From NCBI GenBank assembly GCA_963704755.1, contig OY969938.1:930001-962000 (forward strand): DNA of 32,000 bases. Reading direction: 5' to 3'. Within the stretch, counting starts at the first letter, position 1. Each line of letters begins with the position of its first letter. The notes below the pieces were generated by a model that saw only the letters and a list, made by a program, of their open reading frames with translations, did not search any database and was not told where the DNA came from. Origin of the DNA: an uncultured Chloroflexia bacterium. GTDB lineage: Bacteria; Chloroflexota; Anaerolineae; Anaerolineales; Anaerolineaceae. Position numbers and translations under genes: made by a program. Shown in pieces: positions 1-8,921 of the stretch.

Positions 1-566
1 ACCAAACCGGAATGGGTGCTGTTCACTATCGGCCTGTTCCTGTTGGGCATCCCCACCGGCTGGATGAACAACTTTTTAGGGGTATACATGCGCAACCTGG
101 GCGGGCGCGAATCACTGGTAGGCTTATCCTTCAGCGTAGGCGCCATCGCCGAACTGCCGGTGATGTATTTCAGCCCGCGGATATTAAGAAGATCGGCATC
201 CCGGCCATGTTTGGCATCGCCGTAGTTTCGTCGGTATTGCGTTACGTTTTATATGCGCTCATGCCGGCCGCCGAATGGGCCGTGCCGATCGCGCTGCTCA
301 ACGGGCTGACCTTTGCTACCTACTGGATCGGATCGGTGGTTTATATCGACCGCATCGCTCCGGAAAACCTGCGCTCCACCGGGCAGACCTTACTGGCGGC
401 CATCCTGGGACTGGCCAGTGCTTTAGGCGCGCCAATCGGCGGCCAGATCCTCGACCTGGCCGGCGGAGCGGTACTTTTCGCTATCGGAGCCGCCGTGGTA
501 GGTGCCAGTTACATTTTCTTCCGCCTGGGTTTCAATCGCGAAAGCAAGGCCGGCGTCACGGATTAA
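1..566 (+). pseudogene. MFS-type transporter, 3' part entering from the left edge. The frame is broken by an apparent 1-nt indel near 183-195 (true pseudogene or sequence error).
   Basis: Frame 1 from nt 1 reads TKPEWVLFTIGLFLLGIPTGWMNNFLGVYMRNLGGRESLVGLSFSVGAIAELPVMYFSPRIL, then turns to junk and stops at TAG 223-225. The hydrophobic helix pattern continues in frame 3 (KKIGIPAMFGIAVVSSVLRYVLYALMP...LGAPIGGQILDLAGG...) to TAA 564-566. The switch point lies in ...cggatattaagaagatcgg... Confidence 0.6.
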
Positions 567-613
567 CTAAATTCACCACCTTGCCAATAAACCCGTATCC
601 CGGATGAAATTTA

Positions 614-650
614 GCGGGTTTTTGAGGCGCAATGTGTCTCAAAAACCCGC
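614..650. terminator. Hairpin between convergent genes; possible bidirectional terminator
   Basis: GCGGGTTTTTGAG (614-626) and CTCAAAAACCCGC (638-650) form a 13-bp perfect stem with an 11-nt loop. It sits between the MFS stop (566) and the stop of the minus-strand gene (718). There is no clean U-tract. Confidence 0.4.
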
Positions 651-717
651 CAGTATCGCCTTCTCTCCTTACCCCGTGTGGGGCGGAGCCGGGGGTTGGG
701 TGAAAAGGTGCATCGGT

Positions 718-1668
718 TTAATTACACGTCAGGTTGAGGTCGTATTCCGGGAAGAGCTGGTGGTTGGGGTTATCGATGTAAACTTTGACCCAGCCACTGA
801 AGTTGGAATCGACTTCCATATCGTATCCCACGCTGCGCGTGGTGGCGCTATCGAAGGTGATCGACTTGGAATCGGATTTTGTCCCATCCGAGCGTTGCCA
901 GTAATACGAAACTTCACCTTTGGCAGTGGTCGTAATCGCGGCTGTCAGGTGGAAGGTGTACGGGCAATTCGCAGTGACGTTGGCATTATCCACGCTGACA
1001 GAAACTTTGTTGACTGCAAACGGTACCGAGGTGCTGCCTACCGTAATTTTGACCCAAAACGAGTCTTGCCCATTCGAGCCCAGGCCAAAGCTGGTCCCGC
1101 TGGCATCCTGGAGCTTCCAGTAGCTTTCGTAATCGTCTGCCGTACCCGGCGCAACCATATTGACCGAAATATCGATAGTGTCACCCGGTGCGACTGTGTC
1201 GGGCAAGTTGAAACTGGCCGGAGCGCCCATCGAGACACCGGAATCGAAGACTACCCGATAGCTATTCGTCCAGGTACATGACCCGTTATTCTTCAAACGC
1301 CAGGTTTTGACGAAACTTGCACCGGGAGCAAAAGTGGTCCCATCCGGAACAGTCAAATCTTTCACAAATTCGGCCCGGTTACAGGGCAAAGCCGTAGGGG
1401 CGCCGGCGATGGTTGCCGAGGCCTGGGGAGTGAAAGTCGGTGTAACGGACGAAACCGGCAAAATGGTCGGGGCGCTGGTGATATCTGAAGGCGGAGGGGT
1501 ACCCTGCGGAGCGAGCAGCGTCGAAAGCGCATCCACGGTTTGGGCTGCCGCCGTACTGATCACATCCCCCGTTGGCGTGAGGGCCTGGTTTGGGCGTGGT
1601 AAATTGCAAGACGCCAGTACCAGGGCAGCCATAAGAACAAAGATGAAGAAAACAAATAGCTTACGCAA
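718..1668 (-). CDS. Secreted lipoprotein with an NBR1/FW-type Ig-like domain plus a second beta-rich domain
   Basis: TTG start preceded by GAGGAG. The N-terminus MRKLFVFFIFVLMAALVLASC is a signal peptide with a lipobox, followed by a Thr/Pro/Ser linker. The segment FVKDLTVPDGTTFAPGASFVKTWRLKNNGSCTWTNSYRVVFDSG matches my memory of the next-to-BRCA1 Ig-like domain signature. Confidence 0.7.
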   Translation of the reverse strand: MRKLFVFFIFVLMAALVLASCNLPRPNQALTPTGDVISTAAAQTVDALSTLLAPQGTPPPSDITSAPTILPVSSVTPTFTPQASATIAGAPTALPCNRAEFVKDLTVPDGTTFAPGASFVKTWRLKNNGSCTWTNSYRVVFDSGVSMGAPASFNLPDTVAPGDTIDISVNMVAPGTADDYESYWKLQDASGTSFGLGSNGQDSFWVKITVGSTSVPFAVNKVSVSVDNANVTANCPYTFHLTAAITTTAKGEVSYYWQRSDGTKSDSKSITFDSATTRSVGYDMEVDSNFSGWVKVYIDNPNHQLFPEYDLNLTCN

Positions 1669-1694
1669 GAAAAGCTTCTCCTCACTGACAGCAG

Positions 1695-2363
1695 CTATTG
1701 AAGACCACCCCGGGAGCGCAGTAGAACGACTGCCTCCAGGTGACCCTCATCGATGGCGAAGGTCAGCGAGGTTTTTCCTTCCGAATCTCGCGCGTTGACA
1801 TCGGCCTTCGCATCTAATAGCATCTGCAATATGGTGACGTCACCGTTTTGGGCGGCGGCGTGCAAAGGGACGAAATCACCTGACTGGCGCACATTCACAT
1901 CTGCGCCGTAATCGATCAGCCGCCGGACGATTTGTTCGTTCCGGCCGGCCACCGCTGAATGTAGCGGGGTTACGTGAGAGATATTGTACGCCGGCTGGTT
2001 GACTGCTGCGCCGGCCTGGAGCAGTATCTCCACCACAGCCGGATAACCGAAAAAGCAGGCCAGTCCAAGCGGCTGAAAACCATCCGCTGCGATTGCATTG
2101 ACCATGCTGCTGTCCCCGGCGATCATTTCCTGTACTTCCTTAGCGGCGCCAATCGCGCTGGCCTCGAACACATTCAAAGCCGCCCCGTACTTGACCAGCA
2201 AGCGCGCAATAGCGGGTTGGTGATAGTAAGCTGCAATCAATACCGCCGACGATCCATCTCCTTCCTGTGAATTTACCAGGCTGGGATCTTCGCTTAAAGC
2301 CGTCTTGACCTGCTCTATCTCACCTTGCTTGATCAAATGAAAAAAAGATTCAGTAGAGATCAT
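1695..2363 (-). CDS. Ankyrin-repeat protein (about 4-5 ANK repeats)
   Basis: Repeated ANK signatures: TPLHSAVAGRNEQIVRRLIDYGADVN, VPLHAAAQNGDVTILQMLLDAKADVN, GKTSLTFAIDEGHLEAVVLLRSRG. I prefer the internal ATG at 2363 (MISTESFFHLIKQG...) over the ORF-track start at 2432, whose extension is basic junk. Confidence 0.85.
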   Translation of the reverse strand: MISTESFFHLIKQGEIEQVKTALSEDPSLVNSQEGDGSSAVLIAAYYHQPAIARLLVKYGAALNVFEASAIGAAKEVQEMIAGDSSMVNAIAADGFQPLGLACFFGYPAVVEILLQAGAAVNQPAYNISHVTPLHSAVAGRNEQIVRRLIDYGADVNVRQSGDFVPLHAAAQNGDVTILQMLLDAKADVNARDSEGKTSLTFAIDEGHLEAVVLLRSRGGLQ

Positions 2364-2629
2364 TTTTCTCACCCAAAACCATTCCGGGCCGGTTTTGCCT
2401 TTAACAATAGCCTTGTTTACAAATTCCCGCAAGGATGAACCTTATTTCTGCTCGCAAGGGCAGTCAGCCGGGCAAACTGGAGTACAGCCTGGTTCGCCGC
2501 TCCTCATAGTGCGTTTTGGGGAGTATTTTTGCGAAAAGACAGTCGCCGCTTATCCAAATAAGAGGCATGGGCTCGCTTATGCTGGCGAGTGATCTTTTTA
2601 TTTTTAGCAAACCAATAATGGTTTGTTCC

Positions 2630-4105
2630 TTACCTGGAAACAGCCTTCCGGCGCCGCAGCCACCAATCGCGTCCATATAAGAAACCCAAAACCAGGATTG
2701 TGCCAAAACTGATCGCTGCACCGATTTTCAACGACAGGATATAAGGCGGGTCGTTGTGATTGTCCAGGTACCAGAGCAGTTTGTCCGCCTGGGAAGGCGT
2801 AATCAGGTCGGTCATCGAGTGAATGCTCCATACGTGCAAATTCTGCTCCAAATCGTGGAGGGTCACCAGAGCCGAGCCAAGGCCCAATAATGTAAAGGGG
2901 ACGGACGGTTCCAGCCGCTCCGACCAGTGTTGGAATTCTTGGACGGCCAGCGCCAGGATCAGCACCAATGCCAGGCCCATTATGCGAGAAGGCACTCTTT
3001 CGCCGTTGATTGGCGGGATTGGCAAGGCATTGAAGATCAATTGATACAGCCAGTCAAGAGATAACAAGGTGAATACACCGATTGGGAAAAGAAGCACGGC
3101 GTGGTGGTCGGGGTTTGTGCGGTTCTGGTACACCCGAACCAATCCGAAGTAAAGCAGAAAAATCGCCCCGATCAGCCCCACATACAGGCTTACCTCCCAT
3201 ACGCCAATCGGCACGTTCAGGGCCGGGTCGGTTATTTTTTGGGCCGGGTTGCCGGCCGAGACCATCCCCTCGAGAATATTGGCAAAGTATGGAAATCCAC
3301 CGTAGTAGTGGACCATATTGCTAATTTTGCCCAGGGAAGTCATCGTTGGCGCCAGGCGAAATCCACTCAATAAGACCGTGAAGATGCCCGCACCGGTAAT
3401 TGGCCAGAAATTCCTCCAGGCGAAGGGGATCAAAAACACCAGCAAGAACAGGCAATATACATATAAGTGATAATCGCCCTGCAGAAGCATTGCCGTCAGG
3501 ACGACCGAAGTGTACACCACCCAGCGCCATCCCTGGCGTTTCTCGATCAGGTCGAAGACCAGGATCAACACCCACGGCAATAAGAAATACCCCAACCAGG
3601 TGAAATGTCCAATCGATAAATGGTCCACGATATGCCCGTTGAAATTGAACAGGCCCCAAAAGACAGTGAAAGCGAATACCGACAGGCGTTTTTGCCAGGA
3701 AAAAATCAACAACCCCGCGAAACCAATGACGTACAGCATCAAATAGTCGAACACGATGAAGGTATTGAGCTGCATCCACTTCAATAATAGCAACTGCGGC
3801 GAGAAAAAAACGTCCGGTATGGCCAGATAACGGTCGGTCATATTATTGAGCGCATGTTTGTCGAAAATATGCAATGGGAACACCCACCTGACCACGGCAT
3901 CCTTTAATACCGTCAAGCGAGGCAGGGTAATACTCATCCAATCCGAATAGCCGAATGGGCTGCGCCCCCAATCCAGAAACCAGCCCCAAATCAAAGCTCC
4001 CGCGACTAAAAGAAAACCCGCCCAAACGAAATAAACCCAACGATGTTTCTTATCCGGAAAACGGAACAATATATTGAACAAATTGTGAAAAAAAGTAGGC
4101 AACAT
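2630..4105 (-). CDS. Polytopic integral membrane protein (at least 12 hydrophobic segments). Function unknown; possibly a GT-C-like glycosyltransferase.
   Basis: A 491-aa ORF with a regular succession of about 20-aa hydrophobic, aromatic-rich segments (FVWAGFLLVAGALIWGWFL, FIVFDYLMLYVIGFAGLLIF, LGYFLLPWVLILVFDLI and others) and a basic C-terminal tail. I recognise no catalytic motif with certainty. Confidence 0.7.
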   Translation of the reverse strand: MLPTFFHNLFNILFRFPDKKHRWVYFVWAGFLLVAGALIWGWFLDWGRSPFGYSDWMSITLPRLTVLKDAVVRWVFPLHIFDKHALNNMTDRYLAIPDVFFSPQLLLLKWMQLNTFIVFDYLMLYVIGFAGLLIFSWQKRLSVFAFTVFWGLFNFNGHIVDHLSIGHFTWLGYFLLPWVLILVFDLIEKRQGWRWVVYTSVVLTAMLLQGDYHLYVYCLFLLVFLIPFAWRNFWPITGAGIFTVLLSGFRLAPTMTSLGKISNMVHYYGGFPYFANILEGMVSAGNPAQKITDPALNVPIGVWEVSLYVGLIGAIFLLYFGLVRVYQNRTNPDHHAVLLFPIGVFTLLSLDWLYQLIFNALPIPPINGERVPSRIMGLALVLILALAVQEFQHWSERLEPSVPFTLLGLGSALVTLHDLEQNLHVWSIHSMTDLITPSQADKLLWYLDNHNDPPYILSLKIGAAISFGTILVLGFLYGRDWWLRRRKAVSR

Positions 4106-4830
4106 GGTTCCACTCTTGATTGTCGAGTAATAACGGTTTACTCAATTTAATAATTTGTCTTTTTTCGAAAACAAACGAAATAAGAGAAATAATGTGACTG
4201 ATTAGCCGACGAAGTAGAATTCGCAATTCGAACTGTTTGCCGGGCTGTGTCCGCGCAATCACCTCGAATCCAGGACTGACTCACATAAGACTAAGTCATG
4301 ACGAAACGGAAAAAATTTCGAAACAGCGAAATAATTTCCTTTATTATAACGGATAGATATTCCTGGCTAAATATCGGGGAGATGCGGAGGCCAACCAAAG
4401 TTCGCTCTAGAGCAGTATCTTTATATCGAATTTACATTAAATTAAAACGTTTTTTTGTTGAAATATTTCCTGATTTGAGGGAAAATTGAGTTACATATTG
4501 CACACAAAAGATAGATATTATCCAAATGAGACCGGCAGTGACCGGGAAACTGGGGTCAACATGGGAGAGTATCTGTCCGTCATCGTTTTTGACCAGACCT
4601 TATAAAGGTTATCCATTGTCGAAAAAGTAAGGCTTTTTATCCACACTGACTACCCGCTATGGAATATATCCCTGATCCAGAATAATCCAGGCCGGGCAGC
4701 AGCTATTTATTTAAAACCTGCTCGAAAATTGCTCTTTGTGTTTATTTCGAGTGGCAAAGCCACCGGAATAAACTCAGAAACAATCATTTCCTGATAGGTA
4801 CCTAAACTTTTTTTGGAGGAGTCCAAAATC

Positions 4831-6441
4831 ATGAAAAAGGCAAAGATTTTCCTTGGGCTGGCAATTGTATTGATCCTGACCATGGCGTGCAGTTTGACCG
4901 GCGCGGGATCGAGTACAGCAACGCCGCAAAGTACCACAACGCAAAGTGCGCCACAAAACACCCAACCGGTCCCCACATCAACGGCTTCAGTCGATCCGAT
5001 GGAATTATTGCGCAGCGCTACAATTCAAATTGAAGCCGAAGGTAGCTTTGTCGATCCGCAGTACGGCGATGTGTATAATGCTACCGGCTTAGGTTCCGGC
5101 TTCATTATCGATCCCTCTGGAATTGCGGTGACGAACAACCACGTAGTCACCGGTTCGGCGCTGATCAAGGTGTATGTCAACGGAGAGACCCAACCCCGAA
5201 ACGCACGCATTTTGGGCGTCTCCGAGTGCTGGGACCTGGCCGTAATCCAAATCGAAGGGGACAATAACAACTTCCCCTATCTCCAGTTCCACTCCGGCGA
5301 CGTCAACCCTGGCCTGGGTGTTTACGCTGCCGGTTTCCCCCTGGGCGACCCTGAATACACCGTAACCAAAGGAATCGTCTCGAAGGCTAAGGCCAGCGGC
5401 GAAACCTCCTGGGCTTCGGTGGATGGCGTCATCGAACACGATGCCCAAATCCTACCCGGTAACTCCGGTGGCCCGCTGGTCGATGAAGAAGGCAAGGTGG
5501 TCGGCATCAATTACGCCGCGAACGACACCTACAATACCAATTATGCCATCCGCGGCTTAGATGCCTTACCGGTGATCGATAAACTGAAACAAGGCCAGGA
5601 TTACGAATCCCTGGGCATCAACGGCGAGGCCGTTGTTTCCGACGATGGTTCGGTCTCCGGCATCTGGGTTTCCAGTGTAAAGTCCGGCTCCCCGGCCGAT
5701 AAAGTGGGCCTGGAGGGCGGCGATATCATCACCCGTATGGAAGGCCTGGTACTGGCCACCGATGGGACGATGTCAGATTACTGCGATATTATCCGTACTC
5801 GCAGCACCAGTGACGCCCTTTCGATTGAAGTGCTTCGCTCTGCGACCCAGGAGTACCTGACCGGCGAGATTAATGGTTCCGCACTCCAAACCAAGTTCTC
5901 CTTTGCCCAGGATTTGAACAGCGACACCCAGGACAACGGCTCGACCTACAGCGATTACGTCACGGTACAGGACGATTACCAGTCGATCCAGGTGAACATT
6001 CCCTCGGTCTGGACCGAGGTCGATGGATCTGCCTGGCAGTCCGATGACGAGACCATTGGGGCATCTATTTCGGCCGCCGCCAACCTGGACGAATTCAACA
6101 ATTATTTCGACGAACCAGGTGTGTTCTTCGGCGTTTCGAACGATATGGCCAAATTGGGCGGCTACGTCCAACTCTTGGACTCCTACCGATCCACATTCAA
6201 GGACGACGGTTGTACGGTCGAAGGGCGCACCGATTATGACGATTCGGTCTTCGAAGGCGCCTACGATGTCTATTCGAATTGCGGTGGGTCCAATAACCTG
6301 ATGGTTTTGCTGTCAGCCCGGCCCAAGCAAAACCAGACCGATTATCTGGTGACGGTGTTAGTCAATATCATGAGCGACGCCGATTTGAATGCACTGGATG
6401 AAATTCTGGCCACCTTCGACGTCGTCGGGCCATTGCCATAA
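4831..6441 (+). CDS. Secreted trypsin-like serine protease of the HtrA/DegP (S1C) type, with a PDZ domain and an uncharacterised C-terminal domain; lipoprotein signal
   Basis: GGAGGA lies 10 nt upstream of ATG 4831 (MKKAKIFLGLAIVLILTMACS). The catalytic triad contexts are TNNHVV, WDLAVIQI and GNSGGPLVDEEGKVVGIN. The PDZ-like segment is GIWVSSVKSGSPADKVGLEGGDIITRMEG. Confidence 0.85.
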   Translation: MKKAKIFLGLAIVLILTMACSLTGAGSSTATPQSTTTQSAPQNTQPVPTSTASVDPMELLRSATIQIEAEGSFVDPQYGDVYNATGLGSGFIIDPSGIAVTNNHVVTGSALIKVYVNGETQPRNARILGVSECWDLAVIQIEGDNNNFPYLQFHSGDVNPGLGVYAAGFPLGDPEYTVTKGIVSKAKASGETSWASVDGVIEHDAQILPGNSGGPLVDEEGKVVGINYAANDTYNTNYAIRGLDALPVIDKLKQGQDYESLGINGEAVVSDDGSVSGIWVSSVKSGSPADKVGLEGGDIITRMEGLVLATDGTMSDYCDIIRTRSTSDALSIEVLRSATQEYLTGEINGSALQTKFSFAQDLNSDTQDNGSTYSDYVTVQDDYQSIQVNIPSVWTEVDGSAWQSDDETIGASISAAANLDEFNNYFDEPGVFFGVSNDMAKLGGYVQLLDSYRSTFKDDGCTVEGRTDYDDSVFEGAYDVYSNCGGSNNLMVLLSARPKQNQTDYLVTVLVNIMSDADLNALDEILATFDVVGPLP

Positions 6442-6450
6442 GGCAGGAAA

Positions 6451-6489
6451 GGCGGTGTTATTGGGGGCAGAGCCCCCAATAACACCGCC
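6451..6489. repeat. Perfect palindrome P1 (18-bp stem, 3-nt loop)
   Basis: GGCGGTGTTATTGGGGGC-aga-GCCCCCAATAACACCGCC, starting 10 nt after the protease stop codon. No U-tract follows it. Confidence 0.9.
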
Positions 6490-6523
6490 AGAGGTCATTG
6501 CGCGGCCATCGCAAAAGAACAGA

Positions 6524-6568
6524 GCGGGATGGGAACGGATGGGTATTTTCATCCCGCTTATTTTTATT
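6524..6568 (+). terminator. Candidate intrinsic terminator downstream of the protease gene
   Basis: GCGGGATG (6524-6531) pairs with CATCCCGC (6550-6557), followed by TTATTTTTATT (6558-6568). The loop is large (18 nt). Confidence 0.4.
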
Positions 6569-6589
6569 GGTACCAAGGAGTCAAACGAA

Positions 6590-7111
6590 ATGAAACCGAA
6601 GAACCGGGTAAAAATTGGAATAGCCGCGATATTGTTGCTCATCGTCAGCCTGGCCTGTGGGTTAAGCGTAAAAAATGGGGTCTTGACGGTGCCCGTTTCC
6701 CTGAATAAAGAAACGCTCAAAACCATCTTCAATAACGCCGAACAACTATATACCACCCGTTCCGGCGAACAGATTCAGGCGCAGGTGGACGATATCCAAT
6801 TCAACGAGCCTAACAGCATCAAGGTGATGGGGACGTTTACCAGCCAGAGCGGCCAGCAAGTCCAGGGCAGCGTCGATATCGCTTTCTCGGTCGTTGACCA
6901 GGAACCGCATGTTGAAATTTCTTCTGTCAACATCCCCGGCATTGACCTGTCGTCCGATGCAATCGACCAGGTCAATGCGTCCCTCTCGCAAATGATCCAG
7001 GATGAAATCGACCGTTCAGGCCAGGCCGGGACAATTCAATCGATCACAGTAGAAGGGCAGGTGTTAAAAATCGTTCTGGCAGTACCGCTCAAAAAGGGCG
7101 CCCAGAATTAG
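6590..7111 (+). CDS. Small secreted lipoprotein, function unknown
   Basis: AAGGAG (6575-6580) lies 9 nt upstream of ATG 6590. The N-terminus MKPKNRVKIGIAAILLLIVSLACG is a signal peptide with a lipobox. The longer ORF-track start (6389) would read through palindrome P1 and the terminator, so I reject it. Confidence 0.6.
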   Translation: MKPKNRVKIGIAAILLLIVSLACGLSVKNGVLTVPVSLNKETLKTIFNNAEQLYTTRSGEQIQAQVDDIQFNEPNSIKVMGTFTSQSGQQVQGSVDIAFSVVDQEPHVEISSVNIPGIDLSSDAIDQVNASLSQMIQDEIDRSGQAGTIQSITVEGQVLKIVLAVPLKKGAQN

Positions 7112-8424
7112 TCTTTGGCCTTCAGTACTTTATTCCGGCCGGCGTGTTTGGCTTCGTACAAAGCCCGGTCGGCGGCCAGGCTGATTTTCGAGGCGCTGCG
7201 GAAGCGCGGATAGTCGGCTACCCCGCAACTGTAGGTAATCGAGAATGTTCCATCCGCACCGCGGTGATGGACTTTGGAAAAACCTTCGCGCAGCCGGCCC
7301 ATAATCGAGACTGCGTCGTCGATGAACGTGTTCGGGAAAATAATAGCGAACTCCTCACCCCCATAGCGGCCGATCAGGTCTGTACGGCGCAGCCGCTGGC
7401 GCAGCATGCGCGCCAGGCTCTTCAGCACTTTATCGCCAATGGCATGGCCATGGCGGTCGTTGACGTCCTTGAAATAATCCAGGTCGATCATCGCATAACA
7501 CAGCGGCATGTGGTTCTGATCGGCTAACTGGATTTCCTTTTCCAGGCGTTCCTTGATGGTGGTGTGATTGAGCAGGCCGGTTAGCCCATCCGAGGTCATC
7601 ATGGTGCGCAGCTTACGGTAACGTTCCACCCGCGAAGAAACGGCCGAGATCAGGTGTTCCGGCTTGATCGGCTTGATCAGGAAGTCGTCGCCGCCCATAA
7701 ACATGGCTGCCAGTTGGCGTTCTTTATCGGTCTCGGCTGAGAGATAAACGATCGGCACCGAGACGTAGTTCTCCATCTGGCGGATCAGGCGGGCTATTTC
7801 CATGCCCGAGCAGTCCGGCAGATACATATCCATCAAGATCAGGTCCGGGTTAAAGCTGAGTAACGGCTCCATCAGATGGATCGGATCGGTCACGATACGA
7901 GTCTCCATGCCTACCTTTTCCAGGTGCATGGCGTAAAAACTGGCCTGGGTCAGTGCATCTTCGATGATCAAAATTCGGAAAGGGATATTCGAATTAGGAT
8001 TGGATATTTCATCCAGCGCGCCGATCATCGCGCTGATATCGACCGGATGGACGAAAAACGCCTGGCCACCGCTCCGCACCACTTTCAGGCGGGTGAAGAA
8101 GTTGTCTTCCGGGCTGATGACGATGGTCGGTACAGACATCGCCTGGGATTGGATCACTTCGGTCACATCGTCGAATTGGTCTTCATTCTTAATGATATCG
8201 TCCATGAAGAGCAGGATCGCATTGGGGGTCGACCAACGCAACCCATCCTGAAGGCCTTCGATATCCTCGTAAATCTGGACCTGATAACCAAAAAAACCAA
8301 TTTGGCTGGCAAGTTCCTCTGCTTCGTTTTTGTTTTGTGAATAAAGAAAGATAAGATGAGATAACAGCGGTTTGTTAGCTGTTGGCAAGAAAAATGATTT
8401 ATTCGACATCAAGTAGTTGGTCAT
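7108..8424 (-). CDS. Response regulator with a degenerate N-terminal receiver, a canonical receiver and a GGDEF diguanylate cyclase domain (PleD-like)
   Basis: The second REC reads RILIIEDALTQ...PDLILMDMYLPDCSGMEIARLIR...LSAETD...GGDDFLIKP. The GGDEF domain reads DGLTGLLNHTT...MIDLDYFKDVNDRHGHAIGDKVL...RYGGEEFAIIFPNT. Its stop overlaps the stop of the convergent gene 6590-7111. Confidence 0.9.
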   Translation of the reverse strand: MTNYLMSNKSFFLPTANKPLLSHLIFLYSQNKNEAEELASQIGFFGYQVQIYEDIEGLQDGLRWSTPNAILLFMDDIIKNEDQFDDVTEVIQSQAMSVPTIVISPEDNFFTRLKVVRSGGQAFFVHPVDISAMIGALDEISNPNSNIPFRILIIEDALTQASFYAMHLEKVGMETRIVTDPIHLMEPLLSFNPDLILMDMYLPDCSGMEIARLIRQMENYVSVPIVYLSAETDKERQLAAMFMGGDDFLIKPIKPEHLISAVSSRVERYRKLRTMMTSDGLTGLLNHTTIKERLEKEIQLADQNHMPLCYAMIDLDYFKDVNDRHGHAIGDKVLKSLARMLRQRLRRTDLIGRYGGEEFAIIFPNTFIDDAVSIMGRLREGFSKVHHRGADGTFSITYSCGVADYPRFRSASKISLAADRALYEAKHAGRNKVLKAKD

Positions 8425-8880
8425 GGAACTTTCCCATTATAGTCCATACAAGTTACCGGAAAACTATACAGTTTGGTAATAGAAATGAGTTTACCCCGCT
8501 CCATATTCATCTCCTGTTGTGCCCATATATACACGGGCAACCTGGTTTTTCCCCCCGAACGTTCCTGTACCGGCCAAAAGTTAGCCACTTTTCTGTCGAT
8601 TTAGAATGAATCTCCTCATTAGCAATGGGAAATACTATTCCCCGACCGGCGATCTCCCCATAAACCCGTAACTTATTTGTTGTGTATATTATAACTGTAA
8701 ATTTCCTAAAAATATACTAGATAATTATTAGAATATTATAACCGACCTTTCCGGTAATATTTTAGTGGATTTCTTGCGCGTTTGCCCGCAAATTTACCTG
8801 AATATAAACCGCTCACACTTACCTGGAAGAGAATTCGGGGCAATCGCAACCTGCCAATTTAGTCCCAATTGAGAGATAAT

Positions 8881-8921
8881 TTTGAGTGTTATTTGGGGCG
8901 TAGCCCCAAATAACACTCAAA
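8881..8921. repeat. Perfect palindrome P2 (19-bp stem, 3-nt loop), related to P1
   Basis: TTTGAGTGTTATTTGGGGC-gta-GCCCCAAATAACACTCAAA. It shares GTGTTATT(G/T)GGGGC with P1 and is embedded in further imperfect inverted/direct repeats (8822-8984). Confidence 0.9.

Noticed and set aside
604-1281. 225-aa plus-strand ORF
   Set aside because: It is antisense to the NBR1-like lipoprotein gene, which has a signal peptide, a lipobox and a domain signature. The plus-frame product has no features.
4298-4489. 63-aa basic ORF in the AT-rich spacer (also 4050-4262 on the minus strand)
   Set aside because: It has no ribosome-binding site, and its Lys/Arg/Ile-rich composition simply reflects AT-rich DNA. 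It has no motif either.
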